Assembly (NCBI GenBank): GCA_003222035.1
Contig: QHUS01000045.1
Location: forward strand, 2,615-66,614
DNA length: 64,000 nt
Direction: 5' to 3'
Origin: Gemmatimonadota bacterium
GTDB lineage: Bacteria; Gemmatimonadota; Gemmatimonadetes; Gemmatimonadales; GWC2-71-9
The position numbers and the translations under genes were made by a program. Positions 36,463 to 45,090 of the stretch are shown here, one piece after another. Every line of letters starts with the position of its first letter. Position 1 is the stretch's first letter. The notes below the pieces were generated by a model, which had not been told where the DNA came from, made no database searches, and saw only the letters and a list, made by a program, of their open reading frames with translations.

Positions 36463-37587
36463 TTGCCTTTCGTCCCGTTCCAGCTCGAGCGCTGGCAGAG
36501 TACCTGGGAAAACCGGGTGCGCTACAACTTGTCTGAGTCGGGGGTGCACCCCCTCTCGATACGCGAACTGCTCGACCTGGCCGGCGCGTCGGTGGCGCCG
36601 CTCCTCGACGTGCGCCTTGGCTACAGCCAGTCGAACGGCACCGATCTCCTGCGCGAGCGCATCGCGGCTTTGTACTCGGGCGTCTCGCCGGAGCAAGTGC
36701 TCGTCACGACCGGGAGTGCGGAGGCAAACTTCGTCATCTGCTGGCGGCTGATCGAACCCGGAGACAAGGTCGCCGTCATGCTCCCCAACTACCTCCAGAC
36801 CTGGGGGCTCGCCCAGAACTTCGGGGGCGCCGTCCGCGGCTTTGCGTTGCGCCCGGAGGCGGGGTGGGAACCCGGCGCGGACGAGGTGCGCGAGGCGATC
36901 GCACCGGGCACGAAGCTCGTGGTGGTCACGAACCCGCACAACCCGACGGGACACGTGCTCTCGGACGAAATGCGGAAGCTCATCGTGGCCCGGGCGGCGG
37001 AGGTCGGCGCCTGGCTGCTCGCGGATGAGGTCTACCAGGGCGCGGAGCGGGACGGTACCACGACACCGTCGTTCTGGGGCAGCTACGACAGGGTCATCGT
37101 GGTGAATGGCCTGTCCAAGGCGTACGGCCTGCCGGGTCTGCGGATCGGCTGGGTGGTCGCGCCCCGGGGGTTCACGGGGGACGCGTGGGCGCGGCACGAC
37201 TACACGACGATAGGTCCTGCGGGCGCGAGCGATCACCTCGCCGCCGCCGTGCTCGAGCCGCAGGTGCGCGACAAGGTGCTCGCCCGCACCCGGGCGATTC
37301 TCCGCTCGCACTATCCAGTCCTCGAAGCCTGGCTGAAGCGCTTCGGCGACACGTTCACGTGGCATGCGCCGCAGGCCGGGGCGATCTGTCTCGTGCGGTA
37401 CCGGCAGGCGATCAGCGCCCTCGATCTGGTGGAGCGGATGCGGGCCGGGCACAGCGTGCTGCTGGTCCCGGGCGACCACTTCGGGCTGCCGAACCACATT
37501 CGCTTCGGCTTCGGCGAGGAGCTGGGTCACTTTCAGGAGGCGCTCGCCGAGACGGAACGAGGCCTCAAGCGCGCGTTCGCCGACTGA
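36463..37587 (+). CDS. class I/II PLP-dependent aminotransferase
   Basis: TTG start 5 nt after GGAGG. VVVTNPHNPTG and VNGLSKAYGLPGLRIGW (PLP-lysine motif). Confidence 0.85.
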   Translation: MPFVPFQLERWQSTWENRVRYNLSESGVHPLSIRELLDLAGASVAPLLDVRLGYSQSNGTDLLRERIAALYSGVSPEQVLVTTGSAEANFVICWRLIEPGDKVAVMLPNYLQTWGLAQNFGGAVRGFALRPEAGWEPGADEVREAIAPGTKLVVVTNPHNPTGHVLSDEMRKLIVARAAEVGAWLLADEVYQGAERDGTTTPSFWGSYDRVIVVNGLSKAYGLPGLRIGWVVAPRGFTGDAWARHDYTTIGPAGASDHLAAAVLEPQVRDKVLARTRAILRSHYPVLEAWLKRFGDTFTWHAPQAGAICLVRYRQAISALDLVERMRAGHSVLLVPGDHFGLPNHIRFGFGEELGHFQEALAETERGLKRAFAD

Positions 37588-37588
37588 G

Positions 37589-38536
37589 ATGCAGGTCGTC
37601 CCGCTCGAGGCGTTCCGAGACAAGATCCCGTTTTCCGTGGCGATCGCCGCCGTCGAACGCGGCTTCGCGGCGCTCGGCCGCGGCGAAGCCGAGCTCCCCG
37701 ATCCGATGGTGTTAGAGCTGCGCGCGCAGCAAGCCGAGGTGCACGTCAAGGGCGCGCATCTCGCCGGCGGACGTCACATCGCGCTCAAGGTCGCGACCGG
37801 CTTCTACCGGAACCGGGCGCGCGGCCTGCCCTCGGGCGACGGCATGTTCCTGTTGCTCGACGCGGACACTGGCGTGCCCGCCGTGTTACTCGAGGAACAC
37901 GGCTATCTCACCGATTTTCGCACCGCGGCGGCCGTGGCAGTGACGCTCAAGTACCTCGCTCCCAAGGACGCGCGGGAGGCGCTCCTCGTCGGCGCGGGAG
38001 CGCTGGCCCGACTCACGGCCCGCGCCATGATCGCCCAGATGCCGCTCGCGCGGCTGACGTTGTGGAATCGGAGCAGCCAACGAGCCATGACGCTCGCCCG
38101 CGAGCTGTCCCAGGTGGTCGAGACGCGCATCGCGCCCGCCCTCGAGTCCGCCGTGCGCGACCATCGGGTGATCGTCACGGCGACCGCCAGCACCACGCCC
38201 CTCATCATGGACTCGTGGGTCGGAGCGGGGACGCACGTCACGTCGGTGGGGACCGGGAGCCCGGAGAAGATCGAGCTCGAGCCGGCGCTGCTCGCGCGCG
38301 CCGACAAGCTCGTCGCGGATCGTGTGTTCCAGACGGAGCGGTACGGCAACCTGCACCACGCCGTGGTGGCCGGCGCGATGACGCGCGACAAGGTCTACGC
38401 GGAGCTCGGCGCTCTCGCGGCCGGCCGTCTGCCCGGCCGCGAGAGCGCGAGCGAGATCACCGTGGCCGACCTGACCGGCGTCGGAGTCCAGGACGCCGCG
38501 ATCGCGCAGGCAGTGGTGGAGGCGCTGGGCCTTTGA
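37589..38536 (+). CDS. ornithine cyclodeaminase / mu-crystallin family protein
   Basis: Start MQVVPLEAF 1 nt after the upstream stop. LTDFRTAAA and Rossmann motif LVGAGALA. GTHVTSVG is typical of the OCD family. Confidence 0.8.
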   Translation: MQVVPLEAFRDKIPFSVAIAAVERGFAALGRGEAELPDPMVLELRAQQAEVHVKGAHLAGGRHIALKVATGFYRNRARGLPSGDGMFLLLDADTGVPAVLLEEHGYLTDFRTAAAVAVTLKYLAPKDAREALLVGAGALARLTARAMIAQMPLARLTLWNRSSQRAMTLARELSQVVETRIAPALESAVRDHRVIVTATASTTPLIMDSWVGAGTHVTSVGTGSPEKIELEPALLARADKLVADRVFQTERYGNLHHAVVAGAMTRDKVYAELGALAAGRLPGRESASEITVADLTGVGVQDAAIAQAVVEALGL

Positions 38537-38543
38537 CGACCTC

Positions 38544-39575
38544 TCACCGCAGCGCGTGCAGCACGAGGTAACTCAAGGCCGCGACAAACGCGGACGCGGG
38601 GATCGTGAGGATCCAGGCCCACACGATCCGCCCCGCCACGCCCCACCGCACTGCGGACAGCCGCTGCGCCGCACCCACACCTGCGATCGCCCCCGTGATG
38701 GTGTGGGTAGTGCTCGCCGGAATGCCGGCGTAGGTGCAGATGAACAGCAGCGCCGCGCCGCTCGTCTCCGCGCAGAACCCGCCGAACGGCTTGAGCTTGG
38801 TGAGCCGCTGGCCCATGGTGCGCACGATCCGCCAGCCGCCCGCCGCTGTGCCGAGGCCGATCGACGCGTGGGCCGCGAGGATGACCCAAAGCGGGATGTC
38901 ATGCGTCGTCAGGTGGAAGGCCTGCACCGGGAAGTTCACGAACTTGTCCTGCTCGGCCACGAGCAGGCCGACGATGACCCCCATGGTCTTCTGAGCGTCG
39001 TTCCCGCCGTGACCGAGCGAGAACGCCGCCGCCGATCCTAGTTGCAGCACCCGAAACGCCCTGTCCACCCGCCGCGGGAGCGCGCGTCGCAACAGCCAGG
39101 AGAGCGCCACGGTCAAGGTCACCGCGAAGACCAGGCCGAGAACCGGCGCGAGAAAGATGAACGCGATGGTGCCGACCCATTTCCCCGGCCACACGAGCGC
39201 GGCGATGCCCGCCTTCGCGATCGCGGCCCCGCCTAACCCGCCTACCAGCGCGTGGGAGGACGATGATGGGATGCCCCCGTACCAGGTGATCAGATCCCAG
39301 GCGATCGCCCCGATCAGCGTGGCGAGAATGACACTGGAGTCCACGACGGCTGGATCGACGATCCCCTTTGCAATCGTCTTCGCGACCGCGGTGGTGAAGA
39401 TGAACGCCGCGACGAAGTTGAAGAACGCCGCCCAGACGACCGCGAAACTGGGCGACAGGACGCGTGTGGAGACGACGGTGGCGATGGAGTTGGCCGCGTC
39501 GTGGAACCCGTTGACGAAATCGAAGGCGAGCGCGACCAGGACGATCGCCAGAACGAACCAGGCGGAATCGGCCAT
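38544..39575 (-). CDS. pitA: PiT-family inorganic phosphate transporter
   Basis: FDFVNGFHDAANSIAT and a second GGNDAQKTMG repeat motif. 343 aa. ATGA overlap with the DUF47 gene. Confidence 0.9.
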   Translation of the reverse strand: MADSAWFVLAIVLVALAFDFVNGFHDAANSIATVVSTRVLSPSFAVVWAAFFNFVAAFIFTTAVAKTIAKGIVDPAVVDSSVILATLIGAIAWDLITWYGGIPSSSSHALVGGLGGAAIAKAGIAALVWPGKWVGTIAFIFLAPVLGLVFAVTLTVALSWLLRRALPRRVDRAFRVLQLGSAAAFSLGHGGNDAQKTMGVIVGLLVAEQDKFVNFPVQAFHLTTHDIPLWVILAAHASIGLGTAAGGWRIVRTMGQRLTKLKPFGGFCAETSGAALLFICTYAGIPASTTHTITGAIAGVGAAQRLSAVRWGVAGRIVWAWILTIPASAFVAALSYLVLHALR

Positions 39576-40189
39576 CAGGCGTGCTTGATGGTGATGGACT
39601 CAAGCACGTTGGCGACGTCTTCTCCCTGATCCAGGGTTAGTTCGAGGTTGTCGTAAATCTCCTTCCACTTGATGACTTCGAGCGCGTCGCGCTCGGTCTC
39701 GAACATGTCGCCGAGCGCCTGGTGATAGATCGCGTCGCCCTCCTCCTCGAGCTTCTTCGCCTCGATGCAGAACCGCAGCACGTCGTCGCCCTTCTTGAGG
39801 CGGCTGACGCCTTCGGCGAGCACGCCCACCATCCGCCTGATCACGTCGGTGAGCTGGTTCACCGCTGGACGCGAGGGGCCCAGGTGAAAGATCTGGGAGT
39901 GCCGCGCGGTGCCGTCGATCGCATCCATCACGTCGTCCAGGTCGGAGGCGAGCTGGTGAATGTCCTCGCGATCGAGCGGCGTGATGAACGTGCGGTCGAG
40001 GCGGTTGACGATCTCGTGTGTGACCTGATCCGCCTCGTGCTCGAGCCGCTTGATCGCTTCGACATGCGCCACTCGGCGGTCGGGCGGTGCCGCGAACAGA
40101 TCCTGGAGATGCTGCGCCGCCTCGATGTTGCGCGTCGCCACCGCGACGAACAGGTCGAAAAACTCCTCCTCCCGGGGTAGCAGGCGCAC
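39575..40189 (-). CDS. DUF47 (PhoU-like, Pit accessory) protein
   Basis: VRLLPREEEFFDLF start (GTG 40189, an AGGGA motif lies upstream), typical of the TIGR00153/DUF47 family. The track ORF starts 15 codons earlier. Confidence 0.8.
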   Translation of the reverse strand: MRLLPREEEFFDLFVAVATRNIEAAQHLQDLFAAPPDRRVAHVEAIKRLEHEADQVTHEIVNRLDRTFITPLDREDIHQLASDLDDVMDAIDGTARHSQIFHLGPSRPAVNQLTDVIRRMVGVLAEGVSRLKKGDDVLRFCIEAKKLEEEGDAIYHQALGDMFETERDALEVIKWKEIYDNLELTLDQGEDVANVLESITIKHA

Positions 40190-40270
40190 GGTCGTTTCCC
40201 TCGCGTGACTGGGTGAGTACAGCGCGGAAAACATAGCGGCCGCGCGCGGGAGTCACTAGGTTACCGACCC

Positions 40271-41707
40271 ATGACCGCCACCAAACCGCAAACCGAGTTC
40301 GTCAAAGCTATCTCCCGGCTCGACGCCACCGCCCTCGTGGTCGGATCGATGATCGGCTCGGGGATCTTCATCGTTTCGGCGGAGATCTTGCGGGAAGTCC
40401 GCAGCCCGGGCCTGCTGCTCGTGGTCTGGGGCGTATCGGGCATCGTCACGCTCATGGGCGCGCTCACCTACGGCGAGCTGGCGGCCATGTTCCCCCGCGC
40501 CGGCGGGCAGTACGTCTACCTGCGCGAGGGAATCTCCCCGCTGTTCGGCTACCTGTACGGCTGGACGCTGTTCGTGGTGATCCAGACCGGGACCATCGCC
40601 GCGGTCGCGGTCGCGTTCGCACGGTTCACCGCCGTCTTCTGGCCGGCCCTCTCGCCCGACGTGTTCTTCGGGACGACCCTGCACTTCCCGAACCCGATCG
40701 GCGATATCGCGGTCGGGCTCTCGCCCCAGCGCATTCTCGCCGTCCTCTCGGTCGCCCTGCTGACGTGGATCAACGTGCGCGGCGTGCGCACCGCCGCGAT
40801 CATCCAGACGACTCTCACCGCCGTCAAAACCGGCGCGCTCGCGCTGCTGATCCTGCTCGGCCTCACCATCGGCCGGCACCCTGAAGCCCTGGCCGCCAAC
40901 TTCGGGGCCAACTTCTGGGCCACCGGGGGCGTGGCCGTCGGCATCGGGATGATCGGAGGCGCCATGGTCGGGTCGCTGTTCTCGATGGACGCGTGGAACA
41001 ACGTGGGGTTCGCCGGAAGCGAGCTCAAGAATGCGGAGCGCGACCTGCCCGTGGCGATGGGAGCGGGCGTCCTGATCGTCACCGTGCTGTACGTGCTCGC
41101 CAACGTCGCTTACCTGAACGTTCTGCCGGCGAGCGCGATCGCCAGCGCGCCACAGGACCGTGTCGGCACCGCCGCACTCCAGGCAATCCTGGGAGAGCCC
41201 GGCCTGAAGCTCATGGCCGGAGCAATCATGATCTCGACGTTCGGGTGCAACAACGGGCTCATCCTGTCCGGCGCCCGCGTGTACTACGCGATGGCCCGCG
41301 ACGACCTGTTCTTCGAGTCCGCCGGCGCTCTCCATCCCCGCTACAAGACACCGACCGTCGCCCTCGTCGTCCAAGCGGTGTGGACGAGCGTGCTCTGTCT
41401 GTCGGGAACGTACACGCAGCTTCTGAACTTCGTCATCTTCGCGGCGCTGGTGTTCTACGGCTTGACCGCCGTCGGCCTGTTCGCGCTACGGGTGAAGCGC
41501 CCGTCCGCCCTGCGACCGGTTCGCGCACCGGGATATCCGTGGCTGCCCGCGCTTTATGTCGTTGCCACTGCCGCAATCGCGGTGGATCTCCTCACCCAGG
41601 ACGCCACCCGCACCTACAGCTTCCTCGGCCTCGGCCTCGTGGTGCTCGGCGTCCCGGTGTACTTCGGCTGGCGGGCGTTGGTGCGGCGCGCCGGCCCCGC
41701 GGCGTAG
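40271..41707 (+). CDS. APC-family amino acid permease
   Basis: LVVGSMIGSGIFIVSAE, YGELAAMFPRAGGQYVYLREG, 12 TM segments. 478 aa. Confidence 0.85.
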   Translation: MTATKPQTEFVKAISRLDATALVVGSMIGSGIFIVSAEILREVRSPGLLLVVWGVSGIVTLMGALTYGELAAMFPRAGGQYVYLREGISPLFGYLYGWTLFVVIQTGTIAAVAVAFARFTAVFWPALSPDVFFGTTLHFPNPIGDIAVGLSPQRILAVLSVALLTWINVRGVRTAAIIQTTLTAVKTGALALLILLGLTIGRHPEALAANFGANFWATGGVAVGIGMIGGAMVGSLFSMDAWNNVGFAGSELKNAERDLPVAMGAGVLIVTVLYVLANVAYLNVLPASAIASAPQDRVGTAALQAILGEPGLKLMAGAIMISTFGCNNGLILSGARVYYAMARDDLFFESAGALHPRYKTPTVALVVQAVWTSVLCLSGTYTQLLNFVIFAALVFYGLTAVGLFALRVKRPSALRPVRAPGYPWLPALYVVATAAIAVDLLTQDATRTYSFLGLGLVVLGVPVYFGWRALVRRAGPAA

Positions 41708-41800
41708 TCCTCCCCCAGTCCATGTAGCCCTTGCCGCCCGACGGCGGGAGTCGCATATTCTCCTCGCACCCCGAACAAATACCGAAGAGCACGTGAGCCT

Positions 41801-41929
41801 ATGCAGCCCCAGCCCCCAGTCCCCAATCCCCAGTCCCTCACCTCGACCTGCCCTGACTGTGGGGGCGGACTGGTCCGGCAGTCGGGGTGCCTGGTGTGCG
41901 TGCAGTGCGGGTGGGCGAAATGCGCATAG
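41801..41929 (+). CDS. 42-aa zinc-ribbon mini-protein (not in the supplied ORF track)
   Basis: MQPQPPVPNPQSLTSTCPDCGGGLVRQSGCLVCVQCGWAKCA. The pattern CPxCG-x9-GCxxCxxCGWxKC matches the C-terminal zinc ribbon I recall from class II ribonucleotide reductases. GC-rich third positions. Overlaps the next ORF by 10 nt. Confidence 0.45.
   Translation: MQPQPPVPNPQSLTSTCPDCGGGLVRQSGCLVCVQCGWAKCA
41804..41838. repeat. heptamer array (AGYCCCC-like) x5 at the 5' end of the mini-ORF
   Basis: cagcccc agccccc agtcccc aatcccc agtccct. Confidence 0.75.
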
Positions 41930-42999
41930 TCGGACAGTCGGACGGTCGGACGGTGAAGGCCGCACAGCTCCCGCTGTTACAGTCCGACAGTCCGACCGCC
42001 CGACTATCTGTTCTAGATGAGCGTCTCCGCGGCACCAAGTTCGTCCAGCTCACGCCGCGGTCCGTGCTCAACTCGCCGCAGCAAACGGGCGTCGATTTCT
42101 GGTCCATCAATCCGTACATCGGCTGCGAGTTCGGATGCACCTATTGCTACGCGCGCTACGCGCACCGTTACGCGGTCGAGCGCGCGCACGATGCCGGGAA
42201 GCTCTCGGACGACGAGTTTCGGGAGTTTCGCGGACCCCACGGGTGGGAGGCATTTGAGCAACGGATCTTCGTGAAGGAGCAGCTGCTTGGAGCGCTCGAG
42301 GCGGACCTGCGCCGGTATTACCGCTCCGGCGGCCCCGCCGCGCCTCTCGTCATCGGCACCGCCACCGACCCCTACCAGCCGGCGGAGCGGCGCTTTCGAC
42401 TCACGCGACTGATTCTGGAGCGGTTGGCGCGGTGCGAGGGCCTGAACGTCGGCGTCATCACGAAGAGCCCGTTGATCGCGCGCGACGTGGACGTGTTGCT
42501 GCGGCTGCAACAGCGGAACGATCTCGAGGTGTACGTCTCGCTGATCACGGTCGACGTCTCGCTGATCAAGCGCGTGGAGGCCCGCTCCCCAATGCCCGCA
42601 GTCCGACTGCGCGCGCTCCAGCGGCTGGCCGACGCCGGGATTCGTGCGGGCCTGATCGTGGCGCCGGTCCTTCCGGGGATCACGGACGACGTACCCCATC
42701 TGGAAGCGCTCTTCCAGGCGGCCCGGGAGGCCGGCGCGCAGTTCGTTCACGCCGGCCCGCTGCGTCTCTACCGCGCCGTGCGCGAGCGGTTTCTCCCGGT
42801 GCTCGATGAATCCTTTCCAGGCCTGTCGCCACGCTACCGGCAGGCCTATCGGTCGAGCGACGCGCCGCGCGCGTACGCCGCAGCGCTCGCGGCGCGCATC
42901 AAGGCACTCCAACAGCGTTTCGGATTTCCGGTAAACCGAGGAATGGTGGATCGCTATCGACCGCGGCGAACGGCGCTTCAGGCGGAGCTGGATCTGTGA
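41920..42999 (+). CDS. radical SAM protein (SplB/PA0069-like family)
   Basis: WSINPYIGCEFGCTYCYARY (CxxxCxxC). The conserved RGTKFVQLTPRSVLN precedes it, so the start must lie at or before 41920 (ATG) or 41887 (GTG). Confidence 0.75.
   Translation: MRIVGQSDGRTVKAAQLPLLQSDSPTARLSVLDERLRGTKFVQLTPRSVLNSPQQTGVDFWSINPYIGCEFGCTYCYARYAHRYAVERAHDAGKLSDDEFREFRGPHGWEAFEQRIFVKEQLLGALEADLRRYYRSGGPAAPLVIGTATDPYQPAERRFRLTRLILERLARCEGLNVGVITKSPLIARDVDVLLRLQQRNDLEVYVSLITVDVSLIKRVEARSPMPAVRLRALQRLADAGIRAGLIVAPVLPGITDDVPHLEALFQAAREAGAQFVHAGPLRLYRAVRERFLPVLDESFPGLSPRYRQAYRSSDAPRAYAAALAARIKALQQRFGFPVNRGMVDRYRPRRTALQAELDL
41925..42007. repeat. palindromic octamer-array element (GTCGGACN arrays inverted)
   Basis: Left atagtcggacagtcggacggtcggacgg. 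Right cagtccgacagtccgaccgcccgactat, which as reverse complement reads atagtcgggcggtcggactgtcggactg. Loop of about 24 nt. Lies in the first 30 codons of the radical SAM ORF. Confidence 0.85.
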
Positions 43000-43379
43000 T
43001 TCTGGAGCTGCGGTCCATGGACGGCGAGCAACACGGCACGCCACAAGGTCGCCGGCGAGACGGGCGTGATCAGGAAGCTCTCCTGCTCGAGGACCTCGTC
43101 CCTGTCGAAAACCGGCCCGGAGCCGCAGAACACGAAGCGCCGGCGCAGCTCGGGTCGCAGAGCGGTGGCCTCACGCCAAAGCCACAGGCCCCCACGCGAC
43201 CGCCGCAGGAGGTCGCTCACGACCACGTCGAAGCGTCCCAGGACGATGGCCTCCAGTCCTTCGGCGGGCGTGGCGGCGGGCGTGACGACGCACCCCCGCT
43301 CCTCGAGATCCGCGCACCGGTCCTCGCGCGTGTCGCGGTCAGCTTCCACCAACAGGATCGAGAGAGGAGGCACGCTCAC
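42978..43379 (-). CDS. stand-alone response-regulator receiver domain
   Basis: ILLVEADRD...DVVVSDLL... REC pattern, 133 aa, GTG start. The 3' end overlaps the convergent radical SAM gene by 22 nt. Confidence 0.7.
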   Translation of the reverse strand: MSVPPLSILLVEADRDTREDRCADLEERGCVVTPAATPAEGLEAIVLGRFDVVVSDLLRRSRGGLWLWREATALRPELRRRFVFCGSGPVFDRDEVLEQESFLITPVSPATLWRAVLLAVHGPQLQNHRSSSA

Positions 43380-43471
43380 CTACACTTTCAGCCTGCCCGT
43401 GTAGTCGGCGATGAGTTCCTTGGCTCAGCAGGGGACTCGGCCGGCCTCAAACTGCACAAACCGCACACCCC

Positions 43472-43500
43472 ACATTACCACGGTCGCGGCCAAGCGGCAA
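43472..43500 (-). promoter_or_regulatory. candidate sigma70-like promoter TTGCCG-17-TAATGT upstream of the REC gene
   Basis: Read on the minus strand. Followed immediately by the conserved GTGTGCGGTTTGTGCAG block. Duplicate of the block upstream of small paralogue B1. Confidence 0.35.
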
Positions 43501-43513
43501 CCCAGGGTCGGGA

Positions 43514-43780
43514 TTACGACTTGCGGGCGGTCCCGGTGTAGTGCGTGACGAGCTGCGTGACCCAGGCGGGAGTCGGGCCCCGGCGCTGCTTGTACACGTC
43601 GAGGAGCAGGCGCGCGATGCCTTCGCCGAGCACGACCCCATTTCGGGCGCCGCAGTCGGCGCTGATGGCTTCGACCAGGCTGACGATCGCGACGGTTTTG
43701 GGAGACCGCGCCGCGGCGCGCTTATTGGCCCGAGGCGGGCGCCGTGCCCGCCTTGCTCCGTTCTTGCCCTGGCGTTTCAC
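43514..43780 (-). CDS. paralogue B1: small protein with a basic N-tail and the shared C-terminal domain, unknown function
   Basis: GTG at 43780. VKRQGKNGARRARRPPRANKRAAARSPKTVAIVSLVEAIS...GVVLGEGIARLLLDVYKQRRGPTPAWVTQLVTHY aligns with B2 and with the C-termini of A1 and A2. Confidence 0.6.
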   Translation of the reverse strand: MKRQGKNGARRARRPPRANKRAAARSPKTVAIVSLVEAISADCGARNGVVLGEGIARLLLDVYKQRRGPTPAWVTQLVTHYTGTARKS

Positions 43781-43838
43781 GGGTCCGCGATGTCGGTGCC
43801 ACCGGCGCCCAGAATGAACTGCACAAACCGCACACCCA

Positions 43839-43867
43839 CATATACCGTGGTTGTACGATCGGCGCAA
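43839..43867 (-). promoter_or_regulatory. candidate sigma70-like promoter TTGCGC-17-TATATG upstream of paralogue B1
   Basis: Read on the minus strand, in the A1-B1 spacer. Followed by GTGTGCGGTTTGTGCAG. Confidence 0.35.
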
Positions 43868-43872
43868 TCCCG

Positions 43873-44292
43873 TTACGCGACTTCGCTCGCGGCCTTCCCT
43901 CTGAGCGGGCGATAATGCCGCAGCAGGGCCTGCACCCAGCGCGGCGGGGAGAGTCGGCGCACTTCGTAGGATTCGACCAGGAGTTCTGCGATCGCGCGAC
44001 CGAACTGCTTCGTCTGGTCCGGCGAGAGATCCACGGCCAGGTGGTTCAGGAGGCGGATGAACTGGCCCATGTTGGGAGGCCGAGTGACCTGGCCCTGGCT
44101 GGCGAGCCACTGCTCGAGCTTGGCACGCGTCGCGCTCCGGGGCAGCGCGCCGCGCAGGAAATCGCGGAGGCCGTTCGGGCTCATCCCGACTTCCCTCGCG
44201 ACGCGGCGCAGCGAATATCGCGCCGCCTCCCGGGCAATCCCGTCGCGCAGCAGCGGAACCGGAAGGGTGGGAACGCTCGCGCGGGCTTTCAT
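43873..44292 (-). CDS. paralogue A1: HTH-containing protein with the shared C-terminal domain, unknown function
   Basis: 139 aa. HTH-like SLRRVAREVGMSPNGLRDFLRG. C-terminal ...GRAIAELLVESYEVRRLSPPRWVQALLRHYRP. About 55-60 percent identical to A2 by eye. Confidence 0.7.
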   Translation of the reverse strand: MKARASVPTLPVPLLRDGIAREAARYSLRRVAREVGMSPNGLRDFLRGALPRSATRAKLEQWLASQGQVTRPPNMGQFIRLLNHLAVDLSPDQTKQFGRAIAELLVESYEVRRLSPPRWVQALLRHYRPLRGKAASEVA

Positions 44293-44308
44293 TGGTCACG
44301 CCCTTGAG

Positions 44309-44560
44309 TTAGCCGCCCTCCGGCTTCACTCCGTAGTGCGCTGCGAGCTGTTTGACCCACCGCGGAAGGGAACGCCCGCGCTCCCGATACGCGCCGGCCA
44401 GCAGGCGCACGACCCCCCTCCCCATTACGACCCCGTCCTCTGAGCCAAGGTTGGAGCTGAGCGTGTGCACCAAGCGCACGATCTCTTCGACCTTGGGCGA
44501 CCGTGCCCTGGTCCGCTTGGTTTTGCTCGATCTGGTGGCGCTCGCACGCGAGCCTTTCAC
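44309..44560 (-). CDS. paralogue B2: small protein with a basic N-tail and the shared C-terminal domain
   Basis: GTG start. MKGSRASATRSSKTKRTRARSPKVEEIVRLVHTLSS...GVVMGRGVVRLLAGAYRERGRSLPRWVKQLAAHY. Confidence 0.6.
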   Translation of the reverse strand: MKGSRASATRSSKTKRTRARSPKVEEIVRLVHTLSSNLGSEDGVVMGRGVVRLLAGAYRERGRSLPRWVKQLAAHYGVKPEGG

Positions 44561-44667
44561 CGGGTCTTCCCAAGTGGCGTGTACGACGTGTCAAACCACC
44601 GAACTGCACGAACTGCACAGGAAGACGTTGCGTCAACGGCCCGCGTTTGGCAAGCCCCGCGGGCTCC

Positions 44668-45090
44668 TCAAGCGGTTTCGCCGGACTCCTTGGCACGCCG
44701 TGGCCGGTAGTGCCGCAATAAGTCCTGAACCCAGCGCGGAGGTGAGAGACGACGCGCTTCATACGCGTCTGCGAGGACCGCGGAGATGCTGCGTCCGAGC
44801 AACACCGTCTGCTGGGGCGACAGGTCCCCGGAGAGGTCGGTCAGTAGCCGGACCAGGTGGCCCACGGTGGGAGGAGGCACGGTACGGTGGTCGAGGGAGG
44901 CGAGCCAGCGCTCGAGCTTGGCCCGTGTGGCGCTCCGCGGCGCCGATCCGTTGATGAAGTTTCGCAAGCCGTTCGGGCTGATCCCCATTTCCTTGGCGGC
45001 GCCGCGCAGCGACAACTCGGTGATCGCGAGCGCTACCGCGTCTCGCAGCACGGCCACGGGGATGGTCGGCACGCCTCGGCGCTGTAGCAT
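44668..45090 (-). CDS. paralogue A2: HTH-containing protein with the shared C-terminal domain
   Basis: 140 aa. SLRGAAKEMGISPNGLRNFING. C-terminal ...GRSISAVLADAYEARRLSPPRWVQDLLRHYRP. Confidence 0.7.
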   Translation of the reverse strand: MLQRRGVPTIPVAVLRDAVALAITELSLRGAAKEMGISPNGLRNFINGSAPRSATRAKLERWLASLDHRTVPPPTVGHLVRLLTDLSGDLSPQQTVLLGRSISAVLADAYEARRLSPPRWVQDLLRHYRPRRAKESGETA

